DNA of 64,000 nucleotides from Phyllobates terribilis. Its lineage: Eukaryota. Positions 27,310 to 40,101 of this stretch are shown here, piece after piece. Positions within the stretch are counted from its first letter, which is position 1. Each line of letters begins with the position of its first letter. The position numbers were made by a program, and so were the translations under genes. The DNA is taken from assembly GCF_046119375.1 (NCBI RefSeq), contig NW_027362763.1, forward strand, positions 108,128,001-108,192,000. Direction: 5' to 3'. The notes beneath the pieces were generated by a model that did not search any database, was not told the DNA's origin, and saw only the letters and a list, made by a program, of their open reading frames with translations.

Positions 27310-29612
27310 TATGCTATCTCCGGGGCTTCATAGAAGCACAAAGATAATGATAATGGGGGTTTTCAAAAGGCCACCCATCGGGTCAAAGGGCACTTGCATC
27401 TGCGCATCACTGAGAACGGTATCAGTTTATGACTGCAGCATTTAGGGGGTTAAACAGCAGAGATCGAAGTTACCTCTGATCACTGTTAGAGGCAGATGCA
27501 GTCTGTATAATACAACCAGCTCACTCACCTGCACCAAACATGTTTATCCATAAAGCATTAAGATAATACTGTCATATACAACCCATGTAACACCACCATA
27601 CAGTGGGTAAATAATCTGTAGAATCCTAGTAACACTCTCTAAGGCTATGTTCACACATTGCGTTTTTTCAGCATTTTGCTTCTGCAGCAAAACCTGATCT
27701 CTTGGCAGGAAAGAAGCTGCATCAAAAACGCAAGTTTTGGTGCGCTTTTTGATGCGTTATTCAGGATCCCAAAGTTCAGCTTTGCTTTCACCACAAAAGC
27801 ATGAACACAGGTCACCAATGCAAGACATATGTGAAACAATATTAACCAGAATTTCAAATGTAACAGTGGAGGGAAGTGAATTGTTCAGGAATAGTTTTTC
27901 TAAGACACTGGCAGTACATTGAGTTTGTATGACACTATTTACTTTCACACTATGATCTGCCATTCAGTTGCACAGGCATTGTTCAGTTTCACACTTCCGT
28001 GGGCCACAGGTATTGTTCAATCTCACATGTAGCTCAGCCAATGTTTACACTCTACACATCACTAATTTAATTAAACTGTCCTAATCCCAACTGTCATCTC
28101 AGGTGACCAAGACAAGATGGTAAAATCACAAAAATAAATGAGTTTCACATATGGCTGTATTTGCTTATTTTCACTAAACCGCAGCAAAACCTGATAGCTA
28201 TAGTCACACTAGGTGTTTTTTCATCATTTTTTTACTACCCATTACTTCCAATGGGTGAAAAACGCTGAAAAAACACTGAAAGAAGTGACATGCTCTGTTT
28301 TGCAAAAAGCATGCAAAGCACAAAATCCTGATAAAAAAAACCAAAATGTGTGCATGAGATTTCTGGAATCTCATAGACTTTGCTGGTACTGTAAAACGCG
28401 GCTGCAAATTTGAATAAAAAAAAGCAACAAAAAAACGCTGAAAAAAACAAGATATGTGAACATAGCCTAAAAGGGAATCTGTTGGTAAGATCTACATCCA
28501 CAATCAGCATATATTGGCATGCAGGTGTTTGAATGCTCAATCCATCACCATCTTTATATCTTTTATATGTTGCTGCATTCCTATGTAAATAGCATTTTAA
28601 TTCACATGTCAATGAGGTGTTAAGTGCTCTGGGCATGATAGAGTACTTCTGGAGCCTATGCCGTCTGAGGTTATTTCCCCGCCCAGCACTAGCCTCTTTA
28701 GCTTTATTGATAGCTCACTGTCTGTGTGACATCAGGCTGCAGGGAAGGAAATCAGACAGTGAGCTATCAATAGACTCACAATAGACTGTGGTTCTAACAA
28801 ATGTTACACGCACGCCGCTAGGTTCAGATAGGGCGAGACGGGTTTCATGAATTCTTTGGAATCCTGGGGGAACCGTTACTCAGGGCGACCATAGGATGCA
28901 GCTTCTCTCAGGCACACGATGGATTCAGTTGCTGACCAGACACATCTGACAAGAGTCTTTTTCAACAGTTTAACAGTGGAATTTAATCTGAAGCACGGCC
29001 AGTGTAATTCAGGGATATTACAGCAACAATCTTCATTACAGTACAATCTGAGTTTCTTGAGCAACCATCTCCAGTAACAATACAGTAGTTTCTTCACAAG
29101 GCACAGTATTACAGTCTCTTCAGTAGCATAATTCAGCATAGATTAGATCTCTTAGCAGCACACTTCTATGCATACACAACCACAGGCTTTTCTTTCACAA
29201 GGACACAATAGTACACAGAATTATTTATCCTGCATGAAGATGGCAAAGGGGAGGGTTTGATGAGGGAGATGATCCCCGTGACACAATTCCTTCCATTACT
29301 TATCTTCCTGCCTGATAAGACTGCACTGTTAGTTCAGGAAGTTTATCTGACCTGTGTTTAGTTTCTCTTCTGATCTGAATCCTGTTCAGTTGCCTTCTGT
29401 CAGATCCAGATAACACACCACCTTTCTCTTCGGCTTCAGCCAAACTACAATAGCAAGTTCCCCACAATCCCCTTGGGGCTCTGGTAAAACACTCCCTGTC
29501 TCCTGTGACTGTGTTAACCCCTCTAGTTGCTTCATGCTTTTGAAGCAACAGCACTACTTCTGCATGTCACACAAGGGACTCAAATTAATCCTTATATTTT
29601 ATTTTCAAACAG

Positions 29613-29655
29613 GAGAAGGAATTTGGTAAAGAAAGAGTTCCAAGGGCGGTGCCTT
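29613..29655 (+). CDS. ADGRF-like exon 2 (43 nt, EKEFGKERVPRAVP)
   Basis: ttttcaaacag| and |gtaagt; phase 0 to 1 exactly bridges the neighbouring exons. RVPR-AV parallels the RQKR-AV furin site of ADGRF5. Confidence 0.8.
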
Positions 29656-29743
29656 GTAAGTATTTTCATACATTTTTCTAAATTAGAAAAGTTTAGAATA
29701 AATCAATATGAATCAAATAAAAGGGTGTTCCATTGCTGACAAC

Positions 29744-30048
29744 TAGGGATGAGCGGACCTGTGGAAGTTCGGGTTCTGGTACCCGACCGAATTTTAGTCT
29801 GAAGTTCGGTTCGAGTATCAGAACTGTCCCGAACTTGAACGTGAACTCGAACCTCATTGAAATCAATGGGGACCTGAACTTTGGAGCTGGAAAATCTCTT
29901 CTTCTCTCTGTCGCTCTTTGTCTTTGTCTCTCTCCTTCCCGAACTGTAAAATGGACTTCCGGGAGAAGTCCATGCTCAGAATTCAGCATCAGACAGTAGG
30001 TGTCCGGTACAAACCCCGAACTTTACAATTCGGGTTCGCTCATCTCTA
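29744..30048. mobile_element. Short hAT MITE (TAGGGATGAGCG...CGCTCATCTCTA)
   Basis: TIRs present; flanks CTGACAAC / TTGACAAT match at 6 of 8 positions. Confidence 0.85.
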
Positions 30049-31041
30049 TTGACAATGCCTTATTTGGCAATCAGGTACTGTTTTTTGACTAGGTAAATTG
30101 TCCGGGATGGGGGCAGATGCTGAGGATGTACTGTTAAAGTGATGCATTAAAAGGAATCTGTTGCCAGTTTTTTGCTGCTTTATCTGAGAGCAGCATGATG
30201 TAGGGGCAGAGACCCTAATTCCAGCGATGTGTCACTTACTGGGCTGCTCAATGTAGTTTTGATACAATCACCGTTTTATCAGCAGGAAATTATCACAAAA
30301 GGACTAGTAAACCTGCTGCTAGGTAGTCCAACCTCGCCCCCCACTACTGATTGGCAGCTTTCTGCCATTGCACAGTGTACGCAGACAGCTGCCAATCGGT
30401 GGTTATCTAGAGCTCAGCATTCAGACAACTGGTAGATCTGCAGCAGATAAAAGAGTGATTTTTTAAAAACTGCCCAATAGGTGATACATTGCTGGAATCA
30501 GGATCTCTGCCCCTACATCATGCTACTCTCAAATGTGACAGCAGTCTTCAGTCTTCACGGGCGAGCAGCGATGGTAGGGTGGAATGACGTGCCCGTCTGT
30601 AAGTGTACGTCATATGTTGTGAAGGGGTTAAATCTTGTACAAAAACTTTTTTTTTTACAGCTATTATCTTGCAGAGCGACCACCACTGCTATAGCCAGCA
30701 GAAGTTGTGCAGTGCTTACAAGCTCTTTTCTATTGAACTTGTAAGCGCTGTTTTGAAGTTGAAGCGCACTGTTACCTCTTAATCTCGGCCAGCTTCATGG
30801 CAGTGTTTTGTTTACAAGTTAGATGGCAGCGGTGGTCGGTCTCTAAGGCGAAAAGTCGTAAACAGAAGGAAAAAAAAAGTTGATATTTCAAGAACGGCTG
30901 CAAATTTTAATACTCAGTAAATTGTAAAAGTGCTTGTTTTTACAAGTTCTATCCGACAATATCCATCTATAAAGAAAGGAATAAAGGGAATAACCTTTAA
31001 ATGAACAGGCGCATGTAATATCTCATTTTTGATTATTGCAG

Positions 31042-31206
31042 CTGTACAGAGTGTATATCAGTATGTGTATTACACGGACCTCACCCTGGAAGGATACGCC
31101 AGTGCCGCAGCTGAAGCTTATTTTATGAGCCCATTAATAGTACCAATCACTGTCTATTTCAATTCTACATTAAGCATGAGCCTGACAAACCTCGCCATCA
31201 CAACAG
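31042..31206 (+). CDS. ADGRF-like exon 3
   Basis: ttgcag| ... G|gtaaaa, phase 1-1; VQSVYQYVYYTDLTLEGYASAAAEAYFMSPLIVPITVYFNSTLSMSLTNLAITT aligns with the ADGRF5 N-terminal YTVNIEI...INVTT segment. Confidence 0.85.
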
Positions 31207-31609
31207 GTAAAAACTTTTAAACATTATCTAAAATGATAAGTTGGTCAAATTTTTAAATCAGCTTTAGGCCACGTTCACACATTCAGTATTTGGTCAGTAT
31301 TTTCCATCAGTATTTGTAAGCCAAAACCAGGAGTGGAACAATCAGAGGAAAAGTATAATAGAAACACGTCACCACTTCTGTATTTATCACCCACTCCTGG
31401 TTTTGGCTTACAAATAATGATGTAAAATACTGACCGAATACTGAACGTGAGAACGTGGCCTTAATGATGGAATCATGAAAAGTCATGAATAGTGTAAAAA
31501 GAAACTCCTTTATAAATCAATAAAGAAAAAAAAAAGTAATTGATTATATTGGGTGTGTCGTATCTGTAATAGCTCTTGTTAAAAAGGAAATCATTATTAA
31601 AATGCTTAA

Positions 31610-32510
31610 AGGGAATCTGTCAGCAGGTTTTTGCTACATAATCTGAAAGTAGCATGGTGAATGGGCAGAGACCCTGATTCCGGAGATGTGTCACTCACTG
31701 TTCTGTGTTTTTGTTTCAATACAATCAGTGTTTTATTAGCAGGAGATTATCACTACAGGACTAGGTGTCTTGTGCCTCCTAGTCCTCCTGCTCTGTGTAA
31801 CCCAGTCCCCACCAGTGATTTGCAGCTTTCTGTCAATATACAGTGTACACAGAAAGCAGCCAATCAGTGGTGGGGGCGGGGTTATACAGAGCTCCACATT
31901 CTGAGCTCTGCTAGATCTGCAGCAGAAAGAACAGTGATTCTATAACAACTGCTGCACCCAGTAAACTAAGTAATATATCAATGGAATCAGGGTCTCTGCC
32001 CCTACATCATGCTGCTGTCAGATTACATAGCAAAATATCTACTGACAGATTCCTTTAAAGGAGATTTCCATTGTTCTTTACTGCCCCTTCTTGGGTCCAG
32101 CACCGAGTCCCGGTGGCTGTTATTGTCTGCAGCTCTGAGGTCACATCGACAATGCTGCAGCCAATAAGTAAGCTCAGCGCCTGTGCCCAGGTTGGCGGAA
32201 CTTAGAGCCTGCAGCGCTGTCAATGTGATGGCAACACGGCAGACAATATCAGATTCCAGGAGCCGCGGCAGAGACTCAGATCTGGACCTGGGGAGGATGA
32301 GCAAAGCTCAGTGCGTTTTTTTTTAAACAAATTGTATCCAGGAAACAAGAGTTTTTTTGATAGTGGAAAACTCCTTTAAGGCTATGTGCACACTGAGTCT
32401 TTTTGCAGAGCTTTTGAAGTGGAAATTCCATGTTTTTGAGTTTTGCAAGGAGGATTTTGGAGAGTTTCTGATACAAAAACTCAGCAAAAAGACTTGGTAT
32501 AAACACACCC
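31610..32510. mobile_element. Chain of three MITEs: T2/Kolobok-type 31610-32054 and 32059-32375, Harbinger-type 32380-32510
   Basis: TTAA|AGGGAATC...GATTCCT|TTAA|AGGAGATTTCC...GGAAAACTCCT|TTAA|GGCTATGTG...CACACCC|TAA. Confidence 0.85.
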
Positions 32511-33201
32511 TAAAATAGACTGTGACAGATACCTAGGGGTATGGTTCACACTGAGGTTCTTTGCTTAGTTTTTGGTGCAGAAAATCTCCAAATACACAAG
32601 GAGTTAAAAAAAACACGAGTTTTGATTAGAGAGTTGGAGAGTTTCAATTCCGAAAACTCAGCAAAAAAATATTTCAGTAATAATTTCCCCAAACTTTTTT
32701 TTAAAGGGATTGTCCGGTCATATGATAATGATGGCGTATCTTTAAAATAAGTTAGTTTTAGGCGTGAGCTGATCAATCAGCAGAGGATCAACTTTATGGC
32801 ATCACATGGTTGTAGCACAGCCAATCATGGGGGTTTTACCCGTTCCAGTATAAAAGATAAGTGCCGGCCAAGCAATGCTATTTAATCCTTTTACACGAAG
32901 GGATAGGAGATCAGAGCGCACATTGGCACAGAAAAAGGCCTAATCTGACTCTGGTGTACTGGCGTTGTGGGTGTTTTTTACACTTTTTTTTATTAAAACA
33001 ATGTTAACTAAATACCCTATGTTATTTTCATACACTATTACTATTTATTTACAAGGTATTTTCTCATTTTGTTTTTTTTGTTAGGTTCTGTCTATTAAAA
33101 GGCCACAGTGTGAATGCACACCAATGCATTCCACTTATACCAACATATGCTCCTTCTCATTTTTTTGGTCTTGTTGAGACCCCACTGTTGACATTATACA
33201 A

Positions 33202-33632
33202 CATCACTAAGCTGTGTGACTGTGAGTCCAGCACTGATGACATCATGCAGCATCACTAAGCTGTGTGACTGTGAGTCCAGCACTGATGACATCATACAGC
33301 ATCACTAACCTGTGTGGCTGTGAATTCAGCACTGATGACATCATACAGCATTACTAACCTGTGTGGCTGTGAATTCAGCACTGATGACATCATACAGCAT
33401 TACTAACCTGTGTGGCTGTGAATTCAGCACTGATGACATCATACAGCATCACTAAGCTGTGTGACTGTGAGTCCAGCACTGATGACATCATACAGCATCA
33501 CTAACCTGTGTGGCTGTGAATTCAGCACTGATGACATCATACAGCATTACTAACCTGTGTGGCTGTGAATTCAGCACTGATGACATCATACAGCATCACT
33601 AAGCTGTGTGGCTGTGAGTGCAGCACTGAAGT
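33202..33632. repeat. 49-bp tandem repeat (~9 copies); two more units follow at 38864-38965
   Basis: Unit catcactaagctgtgtgactgtgagtccagcactgatgacatcatacag, starting at 33202, 33251 and onward. Confidence 0.95.
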
Positions 33633-36600
33633 TGACGCGCCCCCTGGGCCGTGGGGTAACCGGAGCCGGGCCTTGTGGATGCTGGGGGTTGTAGTTGACG
33701 CGCCCCCTGGGCCGTGGGGTACCCGGAGCCGGGCCTTGTGGATGCTGGGGGTTGTAGTCACCGTGGCGGTGACCAGGTCCGTGACTCAGGGCGGTCAAAC
33801 CAGGGTAGTCTATGGGTGTCTCTGTTATATATAGTCCGACTACGCCACCTGTGGGATGCGGTTATTGGGAACCGCCGCTGCGGAGCAGTCCACTGAAGTT
33901 GGTGGTATGTGCAGCAAGGTGATGTGACTCCCCACAGGAAGTGTGGAGCTTCAGGGCAGCGTGTATGGATGATGGTGGTGATAGTGCCGGGATCAGTAAT
34001 GATAACACAGAGTCGTTGCAGTGCAGTCCTAGGGTCTTTACTGGTGGGAATTATATGGGCCCCAACGAGAGTACCGGCTAGTGATGAGGGCCTGGTCAGT
34101 CTGGGAGCAATCCTAGAATCCTCCTGGCCAGGTGGAGTTGTAGGCCTGCCGTTCTGACTGTACTCTTTGGCTATCCCGCTTATAGTCGTGTTGTAGCCCA
34201 CGTCCCTGAGTGTAACGTGCTGTGCTCACCCGTATGGCTGGCGACTCGGACCTTGTGTATTCCTCGCTCCTCTGTGGCAGTACGGGTCCTTTCGTGTGGC
34301 TGAGCCTCCGGGCTTCTGATGGGCCAGGAGACCTACAATCTCCTGCCGTGCGGTTTCTGCTGCTGGATATACAATCCCCACAGACCCGGTGTCCGGTTCA
34401 ATGTATATACTCCTGCTAGGACGAGCTCTGCCAGCTCCAGTCCTCAGCTCCTTGCTCCTTCGTGTCCTACTTGACTCCTCACACTAGACTCTCACTAGAC
34501 TAACCTAACCCCGCCTCCAGACCCAGTTATAAAGGGCAGGATCCTCCCCTTTCTGGTCTGGAGCAGGAGGTGTTGCATGTAATGTCTTCCTGACCAGGAA
34601 ACTCCTGTTTTGCTCCCAGACATGGTATTACTACCACTGTGGCAACCAGACCCTCTGGGGTGCCCCATTCCCCCCTAGTAAATTTCAGTACTCGGGGACT
34701 GAACATATTTTTCAAAATAACAGGTAACAATAAACAAGGTACATTAGAATATTACAAACATTACAGTCTTTAACAGGTTACAGTATGATCTGCAACCAGG
34801 TGTCCATTCCACTGAAACAAAGTGCAATCTGAGGGACCCGTCCCAAACCCTCAACGTAGGCCCTGGGGTGGCTGCAGGGCATAGATGATCCAGGCATTGG
34901 ACCACGTCTTCGGCCTCCTCCAACGGGTTTTCGTTCAGTGGTCTGTCACGAAGGGGCACTTTTACAAGTGCAACTATTTACAGGACAGTTTTTGGGCTGC
35001 TCACAGTCCTCAGCCACTGGGTCTTTTATATATATACCCCTACGGGTAACTAAATGCAACAGGAAGAGTGTCCAAGTCACCTAAATTGTCCATTGTAAGG
35101 CAAAACACATCAATAATTAAATACATGAAAATCGCACAAGAATAATATACCCCAGGGGCAACTATTTATACTATTGGTATTTCTAATTATTCACTGAACC
35201 TGACAGGGGCCTTGCCTTTGGTGCTACGTGTTGATCTGCATAGTACGGGAGTGTGGATGGTATCTATTTCTGCACTATCTGCTACCCTGTCAGTCCTACG
35301 TGTGGGTAGATTGTAAAACTGCCTTAACCTCTCCATGGAACTGACAAGTGTATCATTGGCTGGGCCTTCTTGCTCCACTCCAGCCGGGGATCCTTCTTCC
35401 GGGGATTCTTCTTGAGCAGGCTCTTCTGGGGCATTTACAGGTTCTACTTACTGTGGAGGGTCTACTGGCGTGGGTACGACAGGTTCACTGTTAGCAGAGG
35501 GTAGATTCTCCGGGTCTGCTGTTGATGAAACTTCTGCCTCCGGGGCCAAATGTTCTTCCAACTCTACTGGGACTTCTGCAGCTTCCTGCGGGGCTGGTTG
35601 GAGAAATGTAAGGACTGGCACAACTATTGCATTATTCACTTGCGTCCATGACCAAGGAAATTCTCAGAGTACGTGCTGACCATTTATTCCACTTCCTCTG
35701 CGGGTTGAGGGGTATCTTGGCCTTCTTCAGCATGCTGTAGCTGCTTGGGACATTTCTTCAGGTGGTCTCTGGAAACTGTTGCTGTCATTTCTCCTCCATC
35801 CTTACTTATGAGGTACACCTTGGTGTTGGCATGACTTGATGGTAGAATGGTGTACGGCTCTTTTTCCCACTGGTCATCCAATTTATGGAGCCGCCTTTTT
35901 CTCTTTGGGACATGCTCTCCAGGTGACAAAGGGGCAGCATGTTGATTGTAAGTCTTCTCTTGCCTTTCTCTTGCTTGGGACAGACTTCTTTCAACATTTT
36001 CTTGTACCTTACAGTATTGCTGTTGCCGCTCAGTGTCCCAATCCGCATCTGGTGAGGCGTCCTCTGGTGTCAGAACTCCCATATACAGACCGATGGGTAG
36101 CTTTCCAGGCCGTGCTCTCATCAGGTAAGCAGGTGTGCAGTTGGTGGAATTCACTGGGATATGATTGTAGAGGTCCACCAGGTCTGGAAACTTTTCTGGC
36201 CATAGGCTGCGTTCCTCCAGGGGCAACGTCTTCAGTAGGTCTATCACCACTTGATTCATCTTTTCACACATTCCGTTGGTCTGGGGATGATAAGGCGTTG
36301 TACGGAGTTCCTTGCAGCCGTACAGGTTGCAGAATTCCTGGAATACTTCCGCTTCGAAGGCCGGACCTTGGTCAGTTAGCACACGTTCTGGGTAACCATG
36401 CGGGCGGCAGAAGTGCTGTTGGAAAGCTCTGGCTGCTGTCTGAGCCATTTGGTCCTTGACTGGCACTACTACCAGGAACCGGGAGTAGTGGTCTACAATG
36501 GTGAGAGCGTAGACATAGCCTGACCTGCTCGGGGATAGCTTCACATGGTCTAGGGCTACCAGTTCGAGTGGCTGCTTGGTGATGATGGGCTGCAGGGGAG

Positions 36601-38863
36601 CCCTCTGGCCGTCACGGTCTTTTCTTCTCAGGTTGCATGGTCCGCATTCTCGACACCACCTCTCGAATGCTTTCCTCATGCCAGCCCAATAGAACCGTTC
36701 ACGTAGCAGGACTTCCAGCTTCTTCCATCCGAAGTGTCCTGCTCCATCGTGGTACGCTTCCAAGACCATTGACGCATCCCGCCTCGGGACTACCACCTGC
36801 CAGACCAGCTCATGTGTCCGGGAGTTGATGGCTCTTCGACACAGCTTCCCTTCATAGATGAACAGCTTGCCTTTTTTTTTCTACAGCTGCTTGGTCTCCT
36901 CAGTAGCATCTGGATCAGGGTGTGCGTCAGCTCGGGTCAGCAACTCTTTGACAAGGAGGACAGCCGGGTCACTGTCTTGTGTTTCTGCCCATCCATGGTG
37001 GGGCAATAGATTAAATGTGGCCTCCCTGTTGGCAGAGCACCTGTTCTTCACACAATGGGAGCACTGCTTTATCCCATGGCGGTGGAAAGAGGGGATCTCT
37101 ATCTCTTCCAGCTCCTCGAGGTCTTCTCCCCCGTCTGGCAAGTTAGGCATTCTGGACAGCGCATCTGCGTTTGCATTCTTGTGCCCAGCCCGGTACTTGA
37201 TGGTGAATTCGTAATTAGACAGTCGTGCCATCCATCTTTGTTCCAGGGCACCAAGTTTTGCAGCGTCCAGGTGTGTCAGCGGGTTATTATCCGTGAAGAC
37301 GGTGAATTTGGAGGAGGCGAGATAATGCTTGAAGCGCTCTGTCACGGCCCAGACTACGGCGAGGAACTCCAACTTGAAGGAGCTGTAGTTCTCTGGGTTC
37401 CTTTCTGTGGGCCGGAGCTTCCTGCTGGCATAGGCTATTACCCTTTCTCTGCCTTGTTGGATCTGGGACAGCACCGCTCCCAGTCCCACGTTGCTCGCGT
37501 CCGTGTGAAGGATGAAGGGCTGTCCATAATCAGGGTAGGCCAGGACCTCGTCTCCTGTGAGAGCCATCTTCAGCCTGGTGAAGGACTCGTCTTCCAGCTT
37601 GTCCCAATTGAATGGGGGTTTCTGGTTCTTGGCCTTTCTGGACTGGCCTATCAGGAGGTCCTGCATGGGTGCCGCCATCTTGGTGAAGCCTGGTATAAAC
37701 CTTCGGTAGTAGCCTACCAACCTGAGGAACTGCCGCACTTCTTTAATGGTGGAAGGTCTCGGCCAGTCCTTGATTAGGGTGATCTTGACGGGGTCTGGTG
37801 CTACACCGTCAGCGCTTACCACATGTCCTAAGTACTGTACTTTGTGCTTCAGCAGGTGGCACTTTGATGGCTTCACCTTCAGGCCAAAGCCAGCCAGGGC
37901 TTCAAACACTTCCGCCAGGTGCTTCAGATGATCCTCATATGTCTTGGAGAATACTATGACGTCATCCAGGTACAGGAGGACTGTCTCGAAATTCTTATGT
38001 CCTAGACAGCACTCCATGAACTGCTGGAAGGTTCCTGGGGTGTTGCAGAGCCCGAATGGCATGCAGTTGAACTCGCTGAGGCCCATCGGGGTGGTGAATG
38101 CGGTCTTTTCCTTATCTGCCTCTGCTACAGGAACCTGCCAATACCCACTAGTAAGATCCAAAGTAGAGAAATAAGTAGCAGATTTTAATGCAGCTAGTGA
38201 CTCCTCTATCCTGGGTAGCGGGTATGCATCTTTATGAGTTATGCGGTTGATTTGCCTGTAGTCTACACAAATTCTCATTGTGCCATCCTTTTTCTTTACA
38301 AGAACTAATGGAGCTGCCCAGGGGCTACAACTATCTCTTATTACCCCAGCCTCCTTCATCTCTCGTAACATCCCCTTGGCATTCTGATAGTGTGCTGGCG
38401 GTACAGGCCGGTACCTTTCTTTAATGGGTGGATGGTCTCCCGTGGGGATATGGTGTTGAACCCCCTTTACCTGCCCGAAGTCGAGTGGGTGAGCCTCCGG
38501 GCTTCTGATGGGGCCAGGAGACCTACAATCTCCTGCCGTGCGGTTTCTGCTGCTGGGTATGTAATCCCCACAGCCTCGGACTCCGGTGTCCGGATCTCTG
38601 TATGTACTCTGGCCAGGACGAGCTCTGCCAGCTCCAGTCCTCAGCTCCTTGCTCCTTCGTGTCCTACTTGATTCCTCACACAGAACTCAACTCTAGACTC
38701 ACTAACCCCGCCTCCAGACCCAGTTATAAAGGGCAGGATCCTCCCCTTTCTGGTCTGGGCAGGAGGTATTGCTTGTAATGTGTTCCTGACCAGGAAACCC
38801 CTGTTTTGCTCCCAGACATGGTATTACTAACACTGTGGCAACCAGACCCTCTGGAGTGTCACA
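33633..38863 (-). mobile_element. Gypsy LTR retrotransposon, gag/protease/PBS deleted: partial 5' LTR (38494-38863), pol, PPT (34668-34675), 3' LTR (33633-34667)
   Basis: RT-RNaseH-integrase order; purine tract AGGGGGAA directly before the 3' LTR on the minus strand; 38494-38863 is homologous to 34306-34667. Confidence 0.93.
35187..38493 (-). pseudogene. Gypsy pol (reverse transcriptase, RNase H, integrase)
   Basis: RT motifs SPWAAPLVLV, CVDYRQIN, LDLTSGYWQ and YLDDVIVF; RNase H TDASNVGLGAVL; integrase H-GHFG...C..C, LDHVKL, TDQG and YHPQTNGMCE. One in-frame TAG at 36881-83 separates the two large ORFs, and the C-terminal tail ends RSTRSTKGKAPVRFSE. Confidence 0.95.
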
Positions 38864-39812
38864 ATGACATCATACAGCATCACTAAGCTGTGTGACTGTG
38901 AATGCAGCACTGATGACATCATACAGCATTACTAAGCTGTGTGACTGTGAGTCCAGCACTGAAGTGAGATAAAACATTTGCCAGAAGCTGCAGAAGATCT
39001 GCCTTCGTGTGCCTGGCCTCTCACTATGATGAACACTCCTTACTCCTTTTCTCCCTCCATAAAGTTTAATAAATGGCTATACATGACTCTTTAGTAAGCT
39101 GGCAATACGTTTTGCTTTGGCCAAGATGTATTTCAGCTATTTTTAATGATAATAGTTAATAATCAGTTCAGAAGGTGAAAGGTGGAGAAGAAGTGGCTTA
39201 TAGTGGAGAAAGAAACATATTTCTCACAAAAGATATATTACATAGCAACTCTTTAAATCTTCTTTCCTGCCCTAATAGTTTGTTACAATGTATCAATGTG
39301 GTTAAATTTGGTGTCCAAACTCTTTTAGCTTACAGGGGATTGCCTAAACTGGATAAAATGGTAACAATCCTTCAGCTGTGGGTAGAAATAGGCCAGCATA
39401 TTTTGCTATTCACTAAGAGCAAGCAGAGGTCCAAAAATAGCTAGTATTAAAATCTTGAGGCTATTAAAAACATTTTCTAAAGCGATATAAAAGTTGCAGG
39501 ATGGTACAGAAACAATGAAGGTATCTATACATTGTTGAGGAATCAGTAACAAAGCGTAAGGCCACGGGCCCACTATCAGTTTTTCATCAGTATTTGGTCA
39601 GTATTTTTTCTCAGGAGTGGGAGCCAAAACCAGGAGAGGAACAATCAGAGAAAAGGTATAATAGAAACAAGTCACCAATTCTGCATTTATCACCCACTCC
39701 TGGTTTTGGCTCCCACTCCCCACTCCAAAGAAAAAATACTGACCGAATACTGATAGTGGGGCTGTGGCTTTAGAAAGGCAATCCTCAGTGATATGACTGT
39801 CTCTTGTTCTAG

Positions 39813-39992
39813 AGTGTAATGTGACGGATACGGGAAAGATGTGCGCCTGCAAGAGCGGATACACATGGAACATCACTGTGTGCTACACCTATCGTCCCTG
39901 TAGCAATTCCTCCTCTTTTTGTTCATGTCTGATTATCCTGGATGACAATATTCCCTACTGTGAGAGTCCTCGAAACATCTCTGACTACAGAG
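39813..39992 (+). CDS. ADGRF-like exon 4 (Cys-rich module)
   Basis: ttctag| ... G|gtaagt, 180 nt, phase 1-1; ECNVTDTGKMCACKSGYTWNITVC...CSCL...PYC has the cysteine spacing of ADGRF5 (VC...CSCETGYGW...C...CSCL...PFC). Confidence 0.92.
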
Positions 39993-40101
39993 GTAAGTCA
40001 GTACAGGGCACAACTACCATCAGAGCAGAAAAAGAACTATACTTTTTGTCTAAATGATTGTTTGTGAAAGGTACTGTAGACTGAGACTTAGCTGGTTTTA
40101 A

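Noticed and set aside
28096-28125. Alternative micro-exon tctcag|GTGACC...|gtaaaa
   Set aside because: Wrong phase or an in-frame stop; the 29613-29655 exon fits the phases and the homology.
28802-29551. Possible LTR remnant (TGTTACA...AGCAACA) upstream of exon 2
   Set aside because: No TSD, PBS or second copy, so it is not supportable.
33202-33632. CTGATGA in every 49-bp unit, suggesting a satellite hammerhead like newt satellite 2
   Set aside because: No GAAA or stem II/III follows; the motif is part of a GATGACATCAT near-palindrome.
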